Source: an uncultured Spirochaetota bacterium (GTDB taxonomy: Bacteria; Spirochaetota; Spirochaetia; SZUA-6; Fen-1364). From it: a DNA stretch of 64,000 nucleotides. The stretch lies in NCBI GenBank assembly GCA_963820525.1, contig CAWGAA010000003.1, positions 384,001 to 448,000 of the forward strand. The letters are read 5' to 3'. The position numbers and the translations under genes were made by a program. Under the pieces are notes generated by a model. It was not told the origin of the DNA. It worked only from the letters and a program-made list of their open reading frames with translations, and ran no database searches. Positions 19,390-29,004 of this stretch are shown here, piece after piece (positions within the stretch are counted from its first letter, which is position 1; each line of letters opens with the position of its first letter).

Positions 19390-19633
19390 ATACGAGTGCG
19401 CCGCCTGCGGATGCCGATTCGAGCGGTTTCAGGGAATGACCGAGCGGCCGCTGGAGATGTGTCCGGAGTGCGGAGGAGCCGTGCGTCGACTGATCGGGGC
19501 GGGAGCCGCCATACTTCTGAAAGGCGCCGCCTCGCACGGTCACGACAAGGCATGTTCGCTCGAGAGCACCGGCCGTACCTGTTGCGGGCGAAACGAGCGG
19601 TGCGGCAAGCCGCAGTGCGGGAGTGGCGAATGA
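19376..19633 (+). CDS. FmdB-family zinc-ribbon protein
   Basis: 'MPTYEYECAACG..FE', 'CPECGG', Cys-rich tail. Confidence 0.88.
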   Translation: MPTYEYECAACGCRFERFQGMTERPLEMCPECGGAVRRLIGAGAAILLKGAASHGHDKACSLESTGRTCCGRNERCGKPQCGSGE

Positions 19634-19685
19634 CGGCTCGGCCATACAGGTACTGCCATGAAGACGCCTCAGCGAGGCCGGCAAA

Positions 19686-20429
19686 ATGACGTTGGCTTTG
19701 ATCATCCTCTTCTGTCTGCTTGGTTCGGTGATCGCGGTCTGTTTTGCAGGGATAATGCTCCTCCTCAAGGAGGGGGTCTCCAAGCGCCTCACGGCCCACG
19801 CCGTCAATTATGCCACGGGAACGTTGCTCGGAGCGGCGTTTCTCGGCCTGATACCGCAGGCTCTGCATTCTCTGTCCGGTGAACGCGTTCTTTCGGCGGT
19901 CCTGGCAGGAATCGTTCTGTTTTTCCTTCTGGAGAAGCTGATGATTTGGCGCCACTGCCACAGGGGAGAGTGCGAGATTCATTCGAGCGCGGGGGCGCTG
20001 ATCCTCCTCGGCGATTCCATTCACAATTTCGTGGATGGGGTTGCGATCGCCGTGGCATTCTCCGCGTCGATTCCCTTGGGAATTGCCGCCTCCGTTGCGG
20101 TTTTCGCCCACGAGGTACCCCAGGAAGTCGGCGATTTCGCGATCCTGCTGGAAAGCGGCTACTCACGGGCACGCGCGTTCACATACAACGCGATCTCCAG
20201 CACGTCCGCCATTCTGGGAGCCGTCCTCACCTATTTTTTCTTGCTGTCTTTACAAAACGCGGTTCCCTACTTGATGTCGTTGTCCGCCGCAAGTTTCCTC
20301 TATATCGCCCTGGCCGACCTGATCCCGAATCGGCGCGGCGAAGCGAGCCTCCGCGGTTTCGCGTACCAGATCGGGTGGCTCTTTTTGGGCATTGGCACGA
20401 TTGCCGCGCTGCATATGCACCGTCAATGA
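19686..20429 (+). CDS. ZIP-family metal transporter
   Basis: 'GDSIHNFVDG', 'HEVPQEVGDF', HCH loop. Confidence 0.92.
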   Translation: MTLALIILFCLLGSVIAVCFAGIMLLLKEGVSKRLTAHAVNYATGTLLGAAFLGLIPQALHSLSGERVLSAVLAGIVLFFLLEKLMIWRHCHRGECEIHSSAGALILLGDSIHNFVDGVAIAVAFSASIPLGIAASVAVFAHEVPQEVGDFAILLESGYSRARAFTYNAISSTSAILGAVLTYFFLLSLQNAVPYLMSLSAASFLYIALADLIPNRRGEASLRGFAYQIGWLFLGIGTIAALHMHRQ

Positions 20430-20449
20430 CGAGCGTCGAGAGCAATGTC

Positions 20450-21334
20450 ATGAAAGAAATAGTCGTCATCAGCGGCAAGGGCGGCACCGGCAAGACCAGC
20501 GTGCTCGCCTCGTTCGCCGCCCTGGCGAAGAACGCGGTCATTGCCGACTGCGACGTGGATGCGGCGGACCTTCATCTCGTCCTCGCCCCTACGATCGAGC
20601 GTAGCGAAGGGTTCAGAAGCGGCCGGCTGGCGGTCATCCGAAGGGAAGATTGCACCGGCTGCGGCGCGTGCCTCTCACATTGCCGTTTCGATGCCGTAAA
20701 AACGGACGGACGGGCGACAGGAAAGGCGACATTTTCAATCGATCCTATCGCCTGTGAGGGCTGCGGGGTATGCGTCCGGTTTTGTCCCGCAAAGGCGATC
20801 GAGTTTCCCGAGCGGTCATGCGGGGAGTGGTACGTTTCGCGGACGCGATTCGGGCCGATGGTCCACGCCCGTCTCGGTATCGCGGCGGAGAACTCCGGCA
20901 AGCTCGTCTCCACTGTCCGCAGAGAGGCCAGGCGTATCGCCGAAGAGCGGGTGAGCGACTGGATTCTTGTGGACGGGCCGCCCGGCATTGGATGTCCCGT
21001 GATCGCGTCGGTCGCGGGCGCGACCCTTGTCCTGGCCGTCACCGAGCCGACCCTCTCGGGCGGGCACGACCTGGAGCGTGTCCTGGCCCTTGCGCGCCAC
21101 TTCGAGATTCCGTCCGCCGTATGCGTGAACAAGTGGGATCTCAATCCGGGGATGGCGGAGCGGATCGAGCGCACGGCGGCCGCTGCGGGGGCGGCCGTGC
21201 TCGAAAGAATCCCTTACGACCGCTGCGTGACGGCGGCTCAGGTGAACGGAAAACCCGTCGTGGAGAACGGCGACTGCCCGGCGGCGGGCGGCATCAGACA
21301 ACTTTGGGAGGATGTATGTCGGACAATCTCGTAG
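20450..21334 (+). CDS. Second MinD-like P-loop ATPase with 2x[4Fe-4S] domain
   Basis: SGKGGTGKT, DCDVDAADL, two ferredoxin motifs, ENSGKLV, DGPPGIGCP; alternative start 20426. Confidence 0.92.
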   Translation: MKEIVVISGKGGTGKTSVLASFAALAKNAVIADCDVDAADLHLVLAPTIERSEGFRSGRLAVIRREDCTGCGACLSHCRFDAVKTDGRATGKATFSIDPIACEGCGVCVRFCPAKAIEFPERSCGEWYVSRTRFGPMVHARLGIAAENSGKLVSTVRREARRIAEERVSDWILVDGPPGIGCPVIASVAGATLVLAVTEPTLSGGHDLERVLALARHFEIPSAVCVNKWDLNPGMAERIERTAAAAGAAVLERIPYDRCVTAAQVNGKPVVENGDCPAAGGIRQLWEDVCRTIS

Positions 21335-22524
21335 CGGACGAACGTGAAGATCTTCGGCTTCTCAGGGACCGACTCTCCAGGATCGCGCACAAGATCATCG
21401 TCCTTTCGGGCAAGGGGGGAGTCGGAAAGAGCACCGTGGCGGTGAACCTTGCCGTATCGCTCACGCTCGCCGGAAAGCGGGTCGGGCTTCTCGACGTGGA
21501 TATCCACGGACCGAGCGTGCCGAAGATGTTGGGGCTCGAAAGCGCCACTATCGGGGTGGATCTCGGCAGCATTCTCCCCGTGGAGCTGGGCGGCCTTCGG
21601 GTCATGTCCATCGGTTTTTTGCTCCACAACAGGGACGACGCGGTCATCTGGCGCGGACCGATGAAGATGGGCGTCATCAAGCAGTTCCTGAAGGACGTCG
21701 AATGGGGAGACCTGGACTTTCTGGTGGTGGATGCGCCCCCGGGCACGGGAGACGAGCCGCTTTCGGTCTGCCAGCTCATCGGGGACGCCGACGGGGCGGT
21801 CGTCGTCACGACGCCGCAGGAGGTCGCGCTCGCGGCCGTGCGGAAATCCATCACCTTCTGCCGCAAGCTCAACCTTCCCGTCCTCGGGGTGGTGGAGAAC
21901 ATGAGCGGCTTCGCCTGCCCGCATTGCGGGACGCCATTGGAGGTCTTCGGATCCGGAGGCGGCGAGCGGATGGCGCGGCAGATGGGCGTGCCTTTCCTGG
22001 GACGGATTCCGATCGATCCGGCAATCGGAGAGGCGTGCGACGTCGGCAAGCCCTTCATCGGCGCCTACGCGCAGTCGGAAGCGGCAAAGTCCTTCAGCCG
22101 CGTTGTTCAACCAATACTGGATCTCGGCGGCCGCACGGAAGAAGCGGCCGATGTCGAACGGATATTCCCGAAAAAGGAGCACTCAATGCGTATCGCAATC
22201 CCCATTGCCGACGGCAGGCTCGCAATGCATTTCGGCCACTGCGAGCGGTTCGCGCTCATAGACGTGGATCCCGTCGGGAAAAAAATCGTCACACGGGAGG
22301 AAGTGGCCGCTCCCGAGCATGAGCCCGGTCTTCTGCCCCGTTGGCTCGCGGAACGGAACGTGAAAACCGTCATCGCGGGCGGAATGGGCTCCCGCGCCCA
22401 GGGCTTGTTTGCGGAGAATGGCATTGAGGTCGTCGTGGGCGCGTCCGCCGATCCCCCGGACAAGCTCGTCGCCGACTACCTCGCCGGGACGCTCGAGGCA
22501 GGCGCAAACGTCTGCGACCATTGA
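21316..22524 (+). CDS. Mrp/NBP35 (ApbC) Fe-S carrier fused to a C-terminal NifB/NifX domain
   Basis: GKGGVGKS, WRGP, PPGTGD, ENMS..CPHC, then 'MRIAIP..GRLAMHFGHC...NVCDH'. Confidence 0.92.
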   Translation: MSDNLVADEREDLRLLRDRLSRIAHKIIVLSGKGGVGKSTVAVNLAVSLTLAGKRVGLLDVDIHGPSVPKMLGLESATIGVDLGSILPVELGGLRVMSIGFLLHNRDDAVIWRGPMKMGVIKQFLKDVEWGDLDFLVVDAPPGTGDEPLSVCQLIGDADGAVVVTTPQEVALAAVRKSITFCRKLNLPVLGVVENMSGFACPHCGTPLEVFGSGGGERMARQMGVPFLGRIPIDPAIGEACDVGKPFIGAYAQSEAAKSFSRVVQPILDLGGRTEEAADVERIFPKKEHSMRIAIPIADGRLAMHFGHCERFALIDVDPVGKKIVTREEVAAPEHEPGLLPRWLAERNVKTVIAGGMGSRAQGLFAENGIEVVVGASADPPDKLVADYLAGTLEAGANVCDH

Positions 22525-23378
22525 AGGCGATCGGCATGTTCACTCTCACCGTTCTTGTGGACGACGCGCCGGGTCCGGGGGCCGCGCGGGCCGAGCACGG
22601 CCTCTCCATTTGGATCGAGACAGGGGGCCTCCATGTCCTCTGGGATTCGGGACAAGGGCCCGCGGCGCGTGACAATGCCAGGCTTCTCGGCATCGATCTT
22701 ACGGAGGCCGACGCGGTCGCGATCAGTCACGGACACTATGACCACACGGGAGGACTGTCATACATCCTTGCGGATTGCCGGAAGGCGCGGTTGTTCCTCC
22801 ATCCCGATGCGGTGAACCCGCGGTATTCCCGATCGATCGACGGCGGCGTTCACGCGGTCGGATATCCGCATCGAGTCGAAGAGCTGTGGGCTGGCCGATC
22901 GGGCGGTATAGCCTGGACGCGAACGGTTACACACATCGGCCCCTCGATCTTCGTGACGGGTGAAATACCCCGCTCGATGCCGCCCGAAGCGCCCGCGGGG
23001 CGTTTCTTTCTCGATTCCGGATGCCGTGTTCCCGATCCTCTGGCAGATGACCAGGCGCTGGTCGTCGAAACCGACGGAGGAGCCGTCGTGATTCTCGGCT
23101 GTTCCCATGCGGGGGTGGGGAATACGCTCTCTTATGCGCTGGGCAAGTCCCGGTCGGGGAGACTGCGCGCGGTGATCGGCGGGATGCACCTTTCAGAGGC
23201 CCCGCAGGAAGAGATCGTGCGGCTTGCCGATCGTCTCGAGGAGCTGTCCCCGAGTCTCGTGTGTCCCTGTCATTGCACGGGACAACGTGCGAAAGAGGTT
23301 TTCAAGCGCAGATTCCCGGAAGCGTATCGGGAAGGGAGCACGGGCGCAACGCTCACATTCGATTCGGGCTCTCATTGA
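22521..23378 (+). CDS. MBL-fold metallo-hydrolase (7,8-dihydropterin-synthase-like group)
   Basis: AEHGLS, SHGHYDHTGG, GCSHAG, GGMHL, PCHCTG. Confidence 0.9.
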   Translation: MKAIGMFTLTVLVDDAPGPGAARAEHGLSIWIETGGLHVLWDSGQGPAARDNARLLGIDLTEADAVAISHGHYDHTGGLSYILADCRKARLFLHPDAVNPRYSRSIDGGVHAVGYPHRVEELWAGRSGGIAWTRTVTHIGPSIFVTGEIPRSMPPEAPAGRFFLDSGCRVPDPLADDQALVVETDGGAVVILGCSHAGVGNTLSYALGKSRSGRLRAVIGGMHLSEAPQEEIVRLADRLEELSPSLVCPCHCTGQRAKEVFKRRFPEAYREGSTGATLTFDSGSH

Positions 23379-23513
23379 GGAGGAGGATACATGAAATCCC
23401 CATTCGAGCGGCCGCCCCCGTTTCCGGCGGCGGCAGCGTTGTTCATGAGGGCACCTACGGGCCGCGCGCGCGTGCGCACGGCTCATATAAAACTTCGTTG
23501 AGGAGGAATTATT

Positions 23514-24230
23514 ATGGAAAACACGAATCAAGCGTCCGTACTGCCGATGCCCCGCATCGGCGATAAAGCGCCTGCATTCAAGGTCGTCACCACGCAGGGA
23601 GAGATCACCTTCCCCGAGCAGTATGCCGGAAACTGGGTCATTCTCTTCAGCCATCCCGCCGATTTCACCCCGGTCTGCACGTCCGAGTTCATGACGTTCG
23701 CCACGCTCGAAGATAAATTCGACAAAGCGAACTGCAAGCTGGTGGGTCTGTCGGTGGACGGGCTGTACAGTCACATCGCGTGGCTCCGGACCATCAAGGA
23801 GAAGATCGAATACAAGGGCATGAAGAACGTCGAGGTGAAGTTTCCCCTGATCGAGGACATCACGATGGAGATAGCGAAAAAATACGGGATGATCCAGCCC
23901 GGTGAGAGCTCGACGAAAGCGGTGCGTGCCGTCTTCGTCATCGATCCCAAGGGGATCATCCGCACGATCATCTACTACCCGCTGAGCCTCGGGCGGAACT
24001 TCGATGAATTGTACAGGGTCGTGATCGCTCTGCAGACGGCCGACGCCTTCTCGGTCGCCACTCCGGCGGATTGGAGACCCGGCGACGATGTTATCGTGCC
24101 GACCGCTGGTTCGTGCGGGGTCGCAAAAGAACGGATGGAAAACAAGAAGGACATGACATGCCATGATTGGTTCTTCTGTACAAAAAAGATCGACAAGGAT
24201 AAGGTGCTGAGCACGATCCTGAAAAAATAG
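23514..24230 (+). CDS. Peroxiredoxin (Prx6/AhpC-type)
   Basis: 'FSHPADFTPVCTSEF' and C-terminal 'CHDWFFC'. Confidence 0.95.
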   Translation: MENTNQASVLPMPRIGDKAPAFKVVTTQGEITFPEQYAGNWVILFSHPADFTPVCTSEFMTFATLEDKFDKANCKLVGLSVDGLYSHIAWLRTIKEKIEYKGMKNVEVKFPLIEDITMEIAKKYGMIQPGESSTKAVRAVFVIDPKGIIRTIIYYPLSLGRNFDELYRVVIALQTADAFSVATPADWRPGDDVIVPTAGSCGVAKERMENKKDMTCHDWFFCTKKIDKDKVLSTILKK

Positions 24231-24312
24231 GCTTCTGGGGCCGCGCCGCATCTGTCTTAAGTCCAGTCGCTCTTCGGCGCGGCGCCTGCCATGACACCTT
24301 CTGGAGGATGCA

Positions 24313-25212
24313 ATGATCCGATCCCTCGTGTACGCCCTTGTGCTCGCATGTGCGGCTTGCTATTCATCACCACGGGCTTGTGCGCAGTCCGCAGCCGGGA
24401 TTTCATTCGTCGAGATATGCGCGGCAGGAGACTCCTTCACGATGGGAGACGGCTCGCTTGGCCCCAATGTGTCCCAAACCATCTCCTACAACTTCTCCAT
24501 TTCCAAGTTTCCGATCACCAATGGCCAGTTCGGCAGGTTCGTCGCTGACGGAGGCTACGCCGAGCGCAGCTATTGGACGGCGAACGGCTGGAAATGGAAG
24601 GGGAGAATCGCAGAGCCCGCTTGCTGGAAGGACGGCAAATTCAACGGACCGGACCAACCCGTCGTGGGCGTGAGCTGGTATGAAGCTGTGGCGTATTGCA
24701 ACTGGCTGTCCCTGAAAGAAGGCCTGACCCCGGCGTACGACGCCCGGGGCCGCGCGAGCCTCGGCGCTTCCGGCTACCGCCTGCCTACCGAGACGGAGTG
24801 GGAGTACGTGACGGCGAAGGGCGCGCCCGATCAGGCTGAGCGGATCTACCCCTGGGGCGATGCGTGGGACTCGAAGAACGCGGTCTGCAGGGTGGCGCCT
24901 GCCAGGGCCTCGAAAACGGCCGCCGTGGGCAGCAGGAGCCCGCAAGGCGATACGCCCCAGGGGCTGGCCGACATGAGCGGCAACGTGTGGCAGTGGTGCA
25001 GCGACAATGCACAAAGCGATGACGAAATCGCCGATTCGCCGCACGCTGATCGATACTGTTTCCGAAGCGATTCCGCGACCGAGCACATGGCGCTCCGCGG
25101 CGGGTCGTGGTGGAACGATTTCCAGAATGGATTTCGCTCGGCATTCCGCAGCTTCACCGCCCAGCCGGGCAACAGCCCCAATGTGAGCGGATTCCGCATC
25201 GTGCGCCGCTGA
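24313..25212 (+). CDS. Exported FGE-sulfatase (SUMF1/PvdO)-domain protein
   Basis: 'PVVGVSWYEA..YC.W', 'RLPTETEWEY', 'DMSGNVWQW', 'RGGSW', 'GFRIV'. Confidence 0.9.
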   Translation: MIRSLVYALVLACAACYSSPRACAQSAAGISFVEICAAGDSFTMGDGSLGPNVSQTISYNFSISKFPITNGQFGRFVADGGYAERSYWTANGWKWKGRIAEPACWKDGKFNGPDQPVVGVSWYEAVAYCNWLSLKEGLTPAYDARGRASLGASGYRLPTETEWEYVTAKGAPDQAERIYPWGDAWDSKNAVCRVAPARASKTAAVGSRSPQGDTPQGLADMSGNVWQWCSDNAQSDDEIADSPHADRYCFRSDSATEHMALRGGSWWNDFQNGFRSAFRSFTAQPGNSPNVSGFRIVRR

Positions 25213-25300
25213 CGGCGCCACCGGCTGCCCCCATTGCAGATCCGGTTTTTCCCTTTGGAATCGGTAGGATCTGTCGAATAGAGAAACAACAAAGGCTTGC

Positions 25301-26110
25301 ATGCGGACGCGAAGACTACCTGTGCCCGTCGCTTTGACCGCCCTTCTCTTTTTTCTGGTCCTGTCCTCGTGCGCCGACAAGAGGATAGTTCCCGAGTTCG
25401 CCCTCACTGTGGAGGATCTGCGCGCCATGACCGGGACCTTGCCGGAGTCCGTCCGGGACGACATCCTGGCCCGCCCGGCCGAGTTCCTCCGGCTCGCGTC
25501 CAGGGTGCTTGACGAGCCCGAAGAGCTCCTCGTTCTTGTCGACAAGCGCAACTCGCTGGCGGCAGATTACGTTCCGCCGGACCTCGTTCGGCTAGAAACC
25601 TATGGCCTGTGCGTCACCAGGGACGGTCTCCTTCTGCGAAAGACCGTGATGCCCGCGGTGTTGGACATGGTCCGGGCGGCCCTGGCGGACGGCGTGACGG
25701 TCACCTTCTCATCGACCTACCGCTCCTATGGGTATCAGGGCGCCATTTACGAGCGCGAGGTGAAGGCGTATGGGTAAGAAACCGCGGACAGGGAATCCGC
25801 GAGGCCGGGTTTTTCCCAGCACCAGCTCGGAACGGCGATCGATTTTGGATCTATCAGCGACGGGTATGAAGACACGCCGGAAGGCAAATGGGTGGCCGCC
25901 CACGCGTGGGAGTACGGATTCACGCTGTCGTACCCCGCGGGCTTCGAGGAGGTGACGGGGTACCGCTATGAAAGCTGGCACTATCGCTACGTGACGCGAG
26001 CGGGCGCCCTCATGCAGCGGGAGTTTTTCGGCGACGTTCAGCAGTATTTTCTGGAATTCCTTCACGACAGTCGCGCCTTTTTGGAGTCAAAACGGATCGT
26101 TCGCGATTGA
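25301..26110 (+). pseudogene. M15B D-Ala-D-Ala carboxypeptidase lipoprotein interrupted by an in-frame TAA at 25775-25777
   Basis: Lipobox LSSC, 'STYRSY'; after the stop the same frame continues 'SARPGFSQHQLGTAIDF...YESWHYRY'. Confidence 0.85.
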
Positions 26111-26179
26111 CAGGGACGGATGGGGAGGGTTCGGAAGTGGAGACCACCGCCGCCGGCCAAAAGCTCGCGCGCCCCGGAT

Positions 26180-26866
26180 TTAAGCGGTGCCCGTTACCTT
26201 TGGGCGGGCGCCACGTCTCGCCCCGCCGATCGCCTTCCATTTCACGATCAGGAAGATCAGCCCATACATACCGGCCAGGAAGAGGAAGGCGTCCTCGTAA
26301 CAATCATAAGCACCAAGGGCTTTCGGCAAACCCATGAGGCCCCAGGGCAGCAGGGCCAGCAATACCTTGCGGTCCAGGCTCGGATAGGCCCCTGAGACCA
26401 TGAAGATGGCGAAGACCGTGGACGGGCAGGGATCCATCGGCATGCACAGGTTGGGGAAACCCCGGCCCAGGAGCATGCCGAAGAGGGGATAGGTATAGAC
26501 CGATAGCAGCCCGAGAATTGTGGCGACCCTGAGCCCTGGCTGTTCGGGCAGGCGAAACGCGATTTTATTCCTGAAGACATCCAAGAGGAACAACAGGGAA
26601 ACGAGGATGAACAGCGCGCTGAACACATAGTTTCGGGCGGAATTGGCCCCGCCGTAAACAATGAAGAACAGCGGTCCGTTGATCAGGAAGGTGAGAGAGA
26701 GAAAGATCTTCATCGAGGTGCCGGCAGGTTTGCAGCCACGGCGGAAGACCCAAAAAACCAGGCCTAACGAGATGATGATCCAGGTAAGATGCAACCAGGC
26801 AAAGTCCTGGTTGAAACTGCCGATCTGCTTCCAGAATTCGGCTATGCTCATGAGTTGATTGACCAT
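26180..26866 (-). CDS. DUF6064-like membrane protein
   Basis: 'EFW..I..FN' start, multiple TM helices, 'PCPSTVF'. Confidence 0.7.
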   Translation of the reverse strand: MVNQLMSIAEFWKQIGSFNQDFAWLHLTWIIISLGLVFWVFRRGCKPAGTSMKIFLSLTFLINGPLFFIVYGGANSARNYVFSALFILVSLLFLLDVFRNKIAFRLPEQPGLRVATILGLLSVYTYPLFGMLLGRGFPNLCMPMDPCPSTVFAIFMVSGAYPSLDRKVLLALLPWGLMGLPKALGAYDCYEDAFLFLAGMYGLIFLIVKWKAIGGARRGARPKVTGTA

Positions 26867-26933
26867 AATGCCTGTTCCCTTCTCCATGCGAAACGTAGAC
26901 AAGCTCACGAAGAGAATAGTCCCCAACGGTGTG

Positions 26934-27584
26934 TCACCCCGAAGGCGCAAACCCCGCGTAAGCCGGAAGATCCGCCAGATAGGCGAAGCTGCCTTCCCGT
27001 GCGCCCAGGACCCGCTCCATGATCCCCACGACCTCGGTTGAGCGGCGCGCGAACTCCCCAGCACCCGACGGGAAGATCCGCGGATCCAAGAGGGTTCTGT
27101 ATCCCACCAGCAGGAATTCCGCGGCCGTGCGCGGAACGCTGGTGAAGAAGCTGCCTTCCCCCACGCCTTGCTCCACTACGGCCGCCAGGATCGGCGCGTA
27201 GCGCCGCACCCCCTCCCCGAGAACCCTCAGGTGCAACTCTGCGTTTCCGGGGCTGTAGAGGCCGGCGAAGAGATGGCGCCGCTCCTTGTCCCTGCGGGCT
27301 TCCTCGCCCAGAATGCACCGGAGTTTTTGCTCCGCGTCCAGCGTCGTGTCGGCGGCGATAGCCGCCGCCGCCAGCACTAAGCCCTCGACGTGCCGGTTGA
27401 CCGCGGCGGCTAGGATTTCTTCCTTGGACCGGAAATGATAATAGAGCGTGCCCCTTGTGATGCCGACTCGGCCCAGGATCTCGTCAACCGAGGTATGCTC
27501 GTACCCCTTGGCCGCGAAGAGCGCGTCTGCCGCGTCCAGGATCTCCTCCTTGCGAACCAGTGTACTTTTAGACCCTTTGCGCAT
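26934..27584 (-). CDS. TetR/AcrR-family regulator
   Basis: 'RKEEILDAADALFAAKGYEHTSVDEI...GTLYYHFRSKEEI'. Confidence 0.95.
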   Translation of the reverse strand: MRKGSKSTLVRKEEILDAADALFAAKGYEHTSVDEILGRVGITRGTLYYHFRSKEEILAAAVNRHVEGLVLAAAAIAADTTLDAEQKLRCILGEEARRDKERRHLFAGLYSPGNAELHLRVLGEGVRRYAPILAAVVEQGVGEGSFFTSVPRTAAEFLLVGYRTLLDPRIFPSGAGEFARRSTEVVGIMERVLGAREGSFAYLADLPAYAGFAPSG

Positions 27585-27596
27585 CTGGTAATCTCG

Positions 27597-27619
27597 TATA
27601 TACCGACTGTCGGTATATA
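27597..27619. promoter_or_regulatory. Perfect palindrome, probable TetR operator
   Basis: TATATACCGAC-T-GTCGGTATATA, 12 bp upstream of the TetR start. Confidence 0.8.
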
Positions 27620-27715
27620 GAATTTCACTTTTTCTTCTATATGTCAACGTTATCGTGACTTGGGTGGTGGATCAGTCTGATCGAAACCGCGGAATGCAAG
27701 CGCATTTTGGACCAC

Positions 27716-27760
27716 TTGACGACCTTTTCTATTCGTGATAAAATATACAAGCTTTAATAT
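27716..27760 (+). promoter_or_regulatory. PadR gene promoter with imperfect operator
   Basis: TTGACG-N17-TAAAAT followed by ATATACAAGCTTTAATAT (27743-27760). Confidence 0.65.
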
Positions 27761-27762
27761 AA

Positions 27763-28377
27763 ATGGGAAGGACTGAGATGTCAACTCGATTGGCTATCCT
27801 TGGTTTCCTGCGCGGGCGGCCTTTATATGGCTACGAGATAAAGCAAATGATCGAGCGCATCATGGGCGATTGGGCCAACATCGCCTTCGGCTCCATCTAC
27901 TTTGCGTTGAAGAAGCTGTCTGATGAGGGATTCGTCGAGAAAGTCGGTACCGAGCAGGAAGGCAGGCGTCCTTCACGGATGGTCTACCGGATCACCGATA
28001 CCGGGCGGGATGAATTCATGCGCCTTCTTCGGGAAGTATGGGATAACGTGGAGCGGCAGACATTTTCTTTCGACATCGGCCTCAGTCTCATGAGCGCATT
28101 GCCCATCGAGGAGGTGAAGGGCTTCCTGAAAAAGCGGGTGACCCAACTGGAGCACATCCTGAACTTTCTCGATTCGCATCAGGCGGAAGAACTCGAGGAT
28201 GAGCACGTGCCGCGCCATCTGGCATCTGCGGTATTCAGCCATCATCGGCTTCACCTCCGGGCAGAGCTTGATTGGACGAGAGAGCTCCTGCAGAACGTGG
28301 AGAAGGGAGAGTATGACGCCGAGCTCGATTGGATGCGCGGGGTATTTGATTGGAAGGAGCAAGAGGACGCTCCGTAA
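27763..28377 (+). CDS. PadR-family regulator
   Basis: 'LAILGFL...LYGYEIK', 'GSIYFALKKL', 'YRITDTG'. Confidence 0.92.
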   Translation: MGRTEMSTRLAILGFLRGRPLYGYEIKQMIERIMGDWANIAFGSIYFALKKLSDEGFVEKVGTEQEGRRPSRMVYRITDTGRDEFMRLLREVWDNVERQTFSFDIGLSLMSALPIEEVKGFLKKRVTQLEHILNFLDSHQAEELEDEHVPRHLASAVFSHHRLHLRAELDWTRELLQNVEKGEYDAELDWMRGVFDWKEQEDAP

Positions 28378-28391
28378 ATTTTTTTTGAATG

Positions 28392-28409
28392 ATATACAAG
28401 CTTGTATAT
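28392..28409. promoter_or_regulatory. Perfect 18-bp palindrome, probable PadR operator
   Basis: ATATACAAGCTTGTATAT upstream of the methyltransferase operon. Confidence 0.75.
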
Positions 28410-28427
28410 TCGGTGTTTTATATAGGG

Positions 28428-28989
28428 ATGGAGCTTATGGATAGAGAACAGAAGGACAAGTACGTTGCCGCCGAGTTCGACATACAGGCCGGGCGGCACC
28501 GGTACGGCGACCCTGGATATCGCTTCACGACTGGAGGGAACCGGCATGGTCGTGGGGCTCGATCTCTCGGAGAAAATGCTCGGCGAGGCCGGGCGGAAGC
28601 TGGCGAAGTCGGGGTACGCCAACGTGAAGCTTGTCCTGGGGAGCGCAGGCGACATGAGATACCAGGCCTGCTTCGACTATGTGATCGGCACAAACGCCTT
28701 CCACCATTTCGTCGACAATGCTGGGGTGTTTTCCCGGGTGTGGCGGTCGCTTAAGCCCGGCGGGCGCTTCCTGGTACAGGATATCTGCGACGATTTTATC
28801 CTGATGAAGGTCGTAGACTTGGCCGGCAAGCTCGGCGAAAGGGCGCACGTGGGGAGCACGACCTCACAGGGACTGAGACAATTCTTGGCCTCGGCGGGTT
28901 TCTCCGGGATTGAGGTGGAGGTCGCCAGGCTGAATTGGTTCTGGGGAATCATGATCGGTAAAGGCGTGAAGCGAACCGATCCCGCGTAA
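28428..28989 (+). pseudogene. Class I SAM methyltransferase with an internal deletion/frameshift near 28490
   Basis: 'MDREQKDKYVAAEFDIQAG' is in one frame; 'GTGTATLDIA..VVGLDLSEKM..AFHHF..LKPGG' is in another and lacks the start of motif I. Confidence 0.7.
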
Positions 28990-29004
28990 GGAAGGAGGTC
29001 GAAA

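Noticed and set aside
14639..19633. FmdE/FmdB as methanogenesis genes
   Set aside because: No catalytic Fmd/Fwd subunits; these small domains are widespread in bacteria
19946..21315. Long N-terminal extensions on the ATPase, Mrp and PdhA ORFs in the track
   Set aside because: They overlap upstream genes; true starts have an RBS or coupling at 20450, 21316 and 49817
15593..22524. NifB/NifX-family genes as evidence of nitrogen fixation
   Set aside because: No nifHDK or nifEN in the window; the context matches the ORP-type cluster
22521..23378. MBL-fold gene as a beta-lactamase
   Set aside because: No signal peptide; motifs fit the cytoplasmic hydrolase group found in ORP-like clusters
25301..26110. 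VanY-like gene as vancomycin resistance, or the internal stop as recoding
   Set aside because: No van cluster; M15B lipoproteins are ordinary cell-wall enzymes; the stop is TAA, not TGA/TAG
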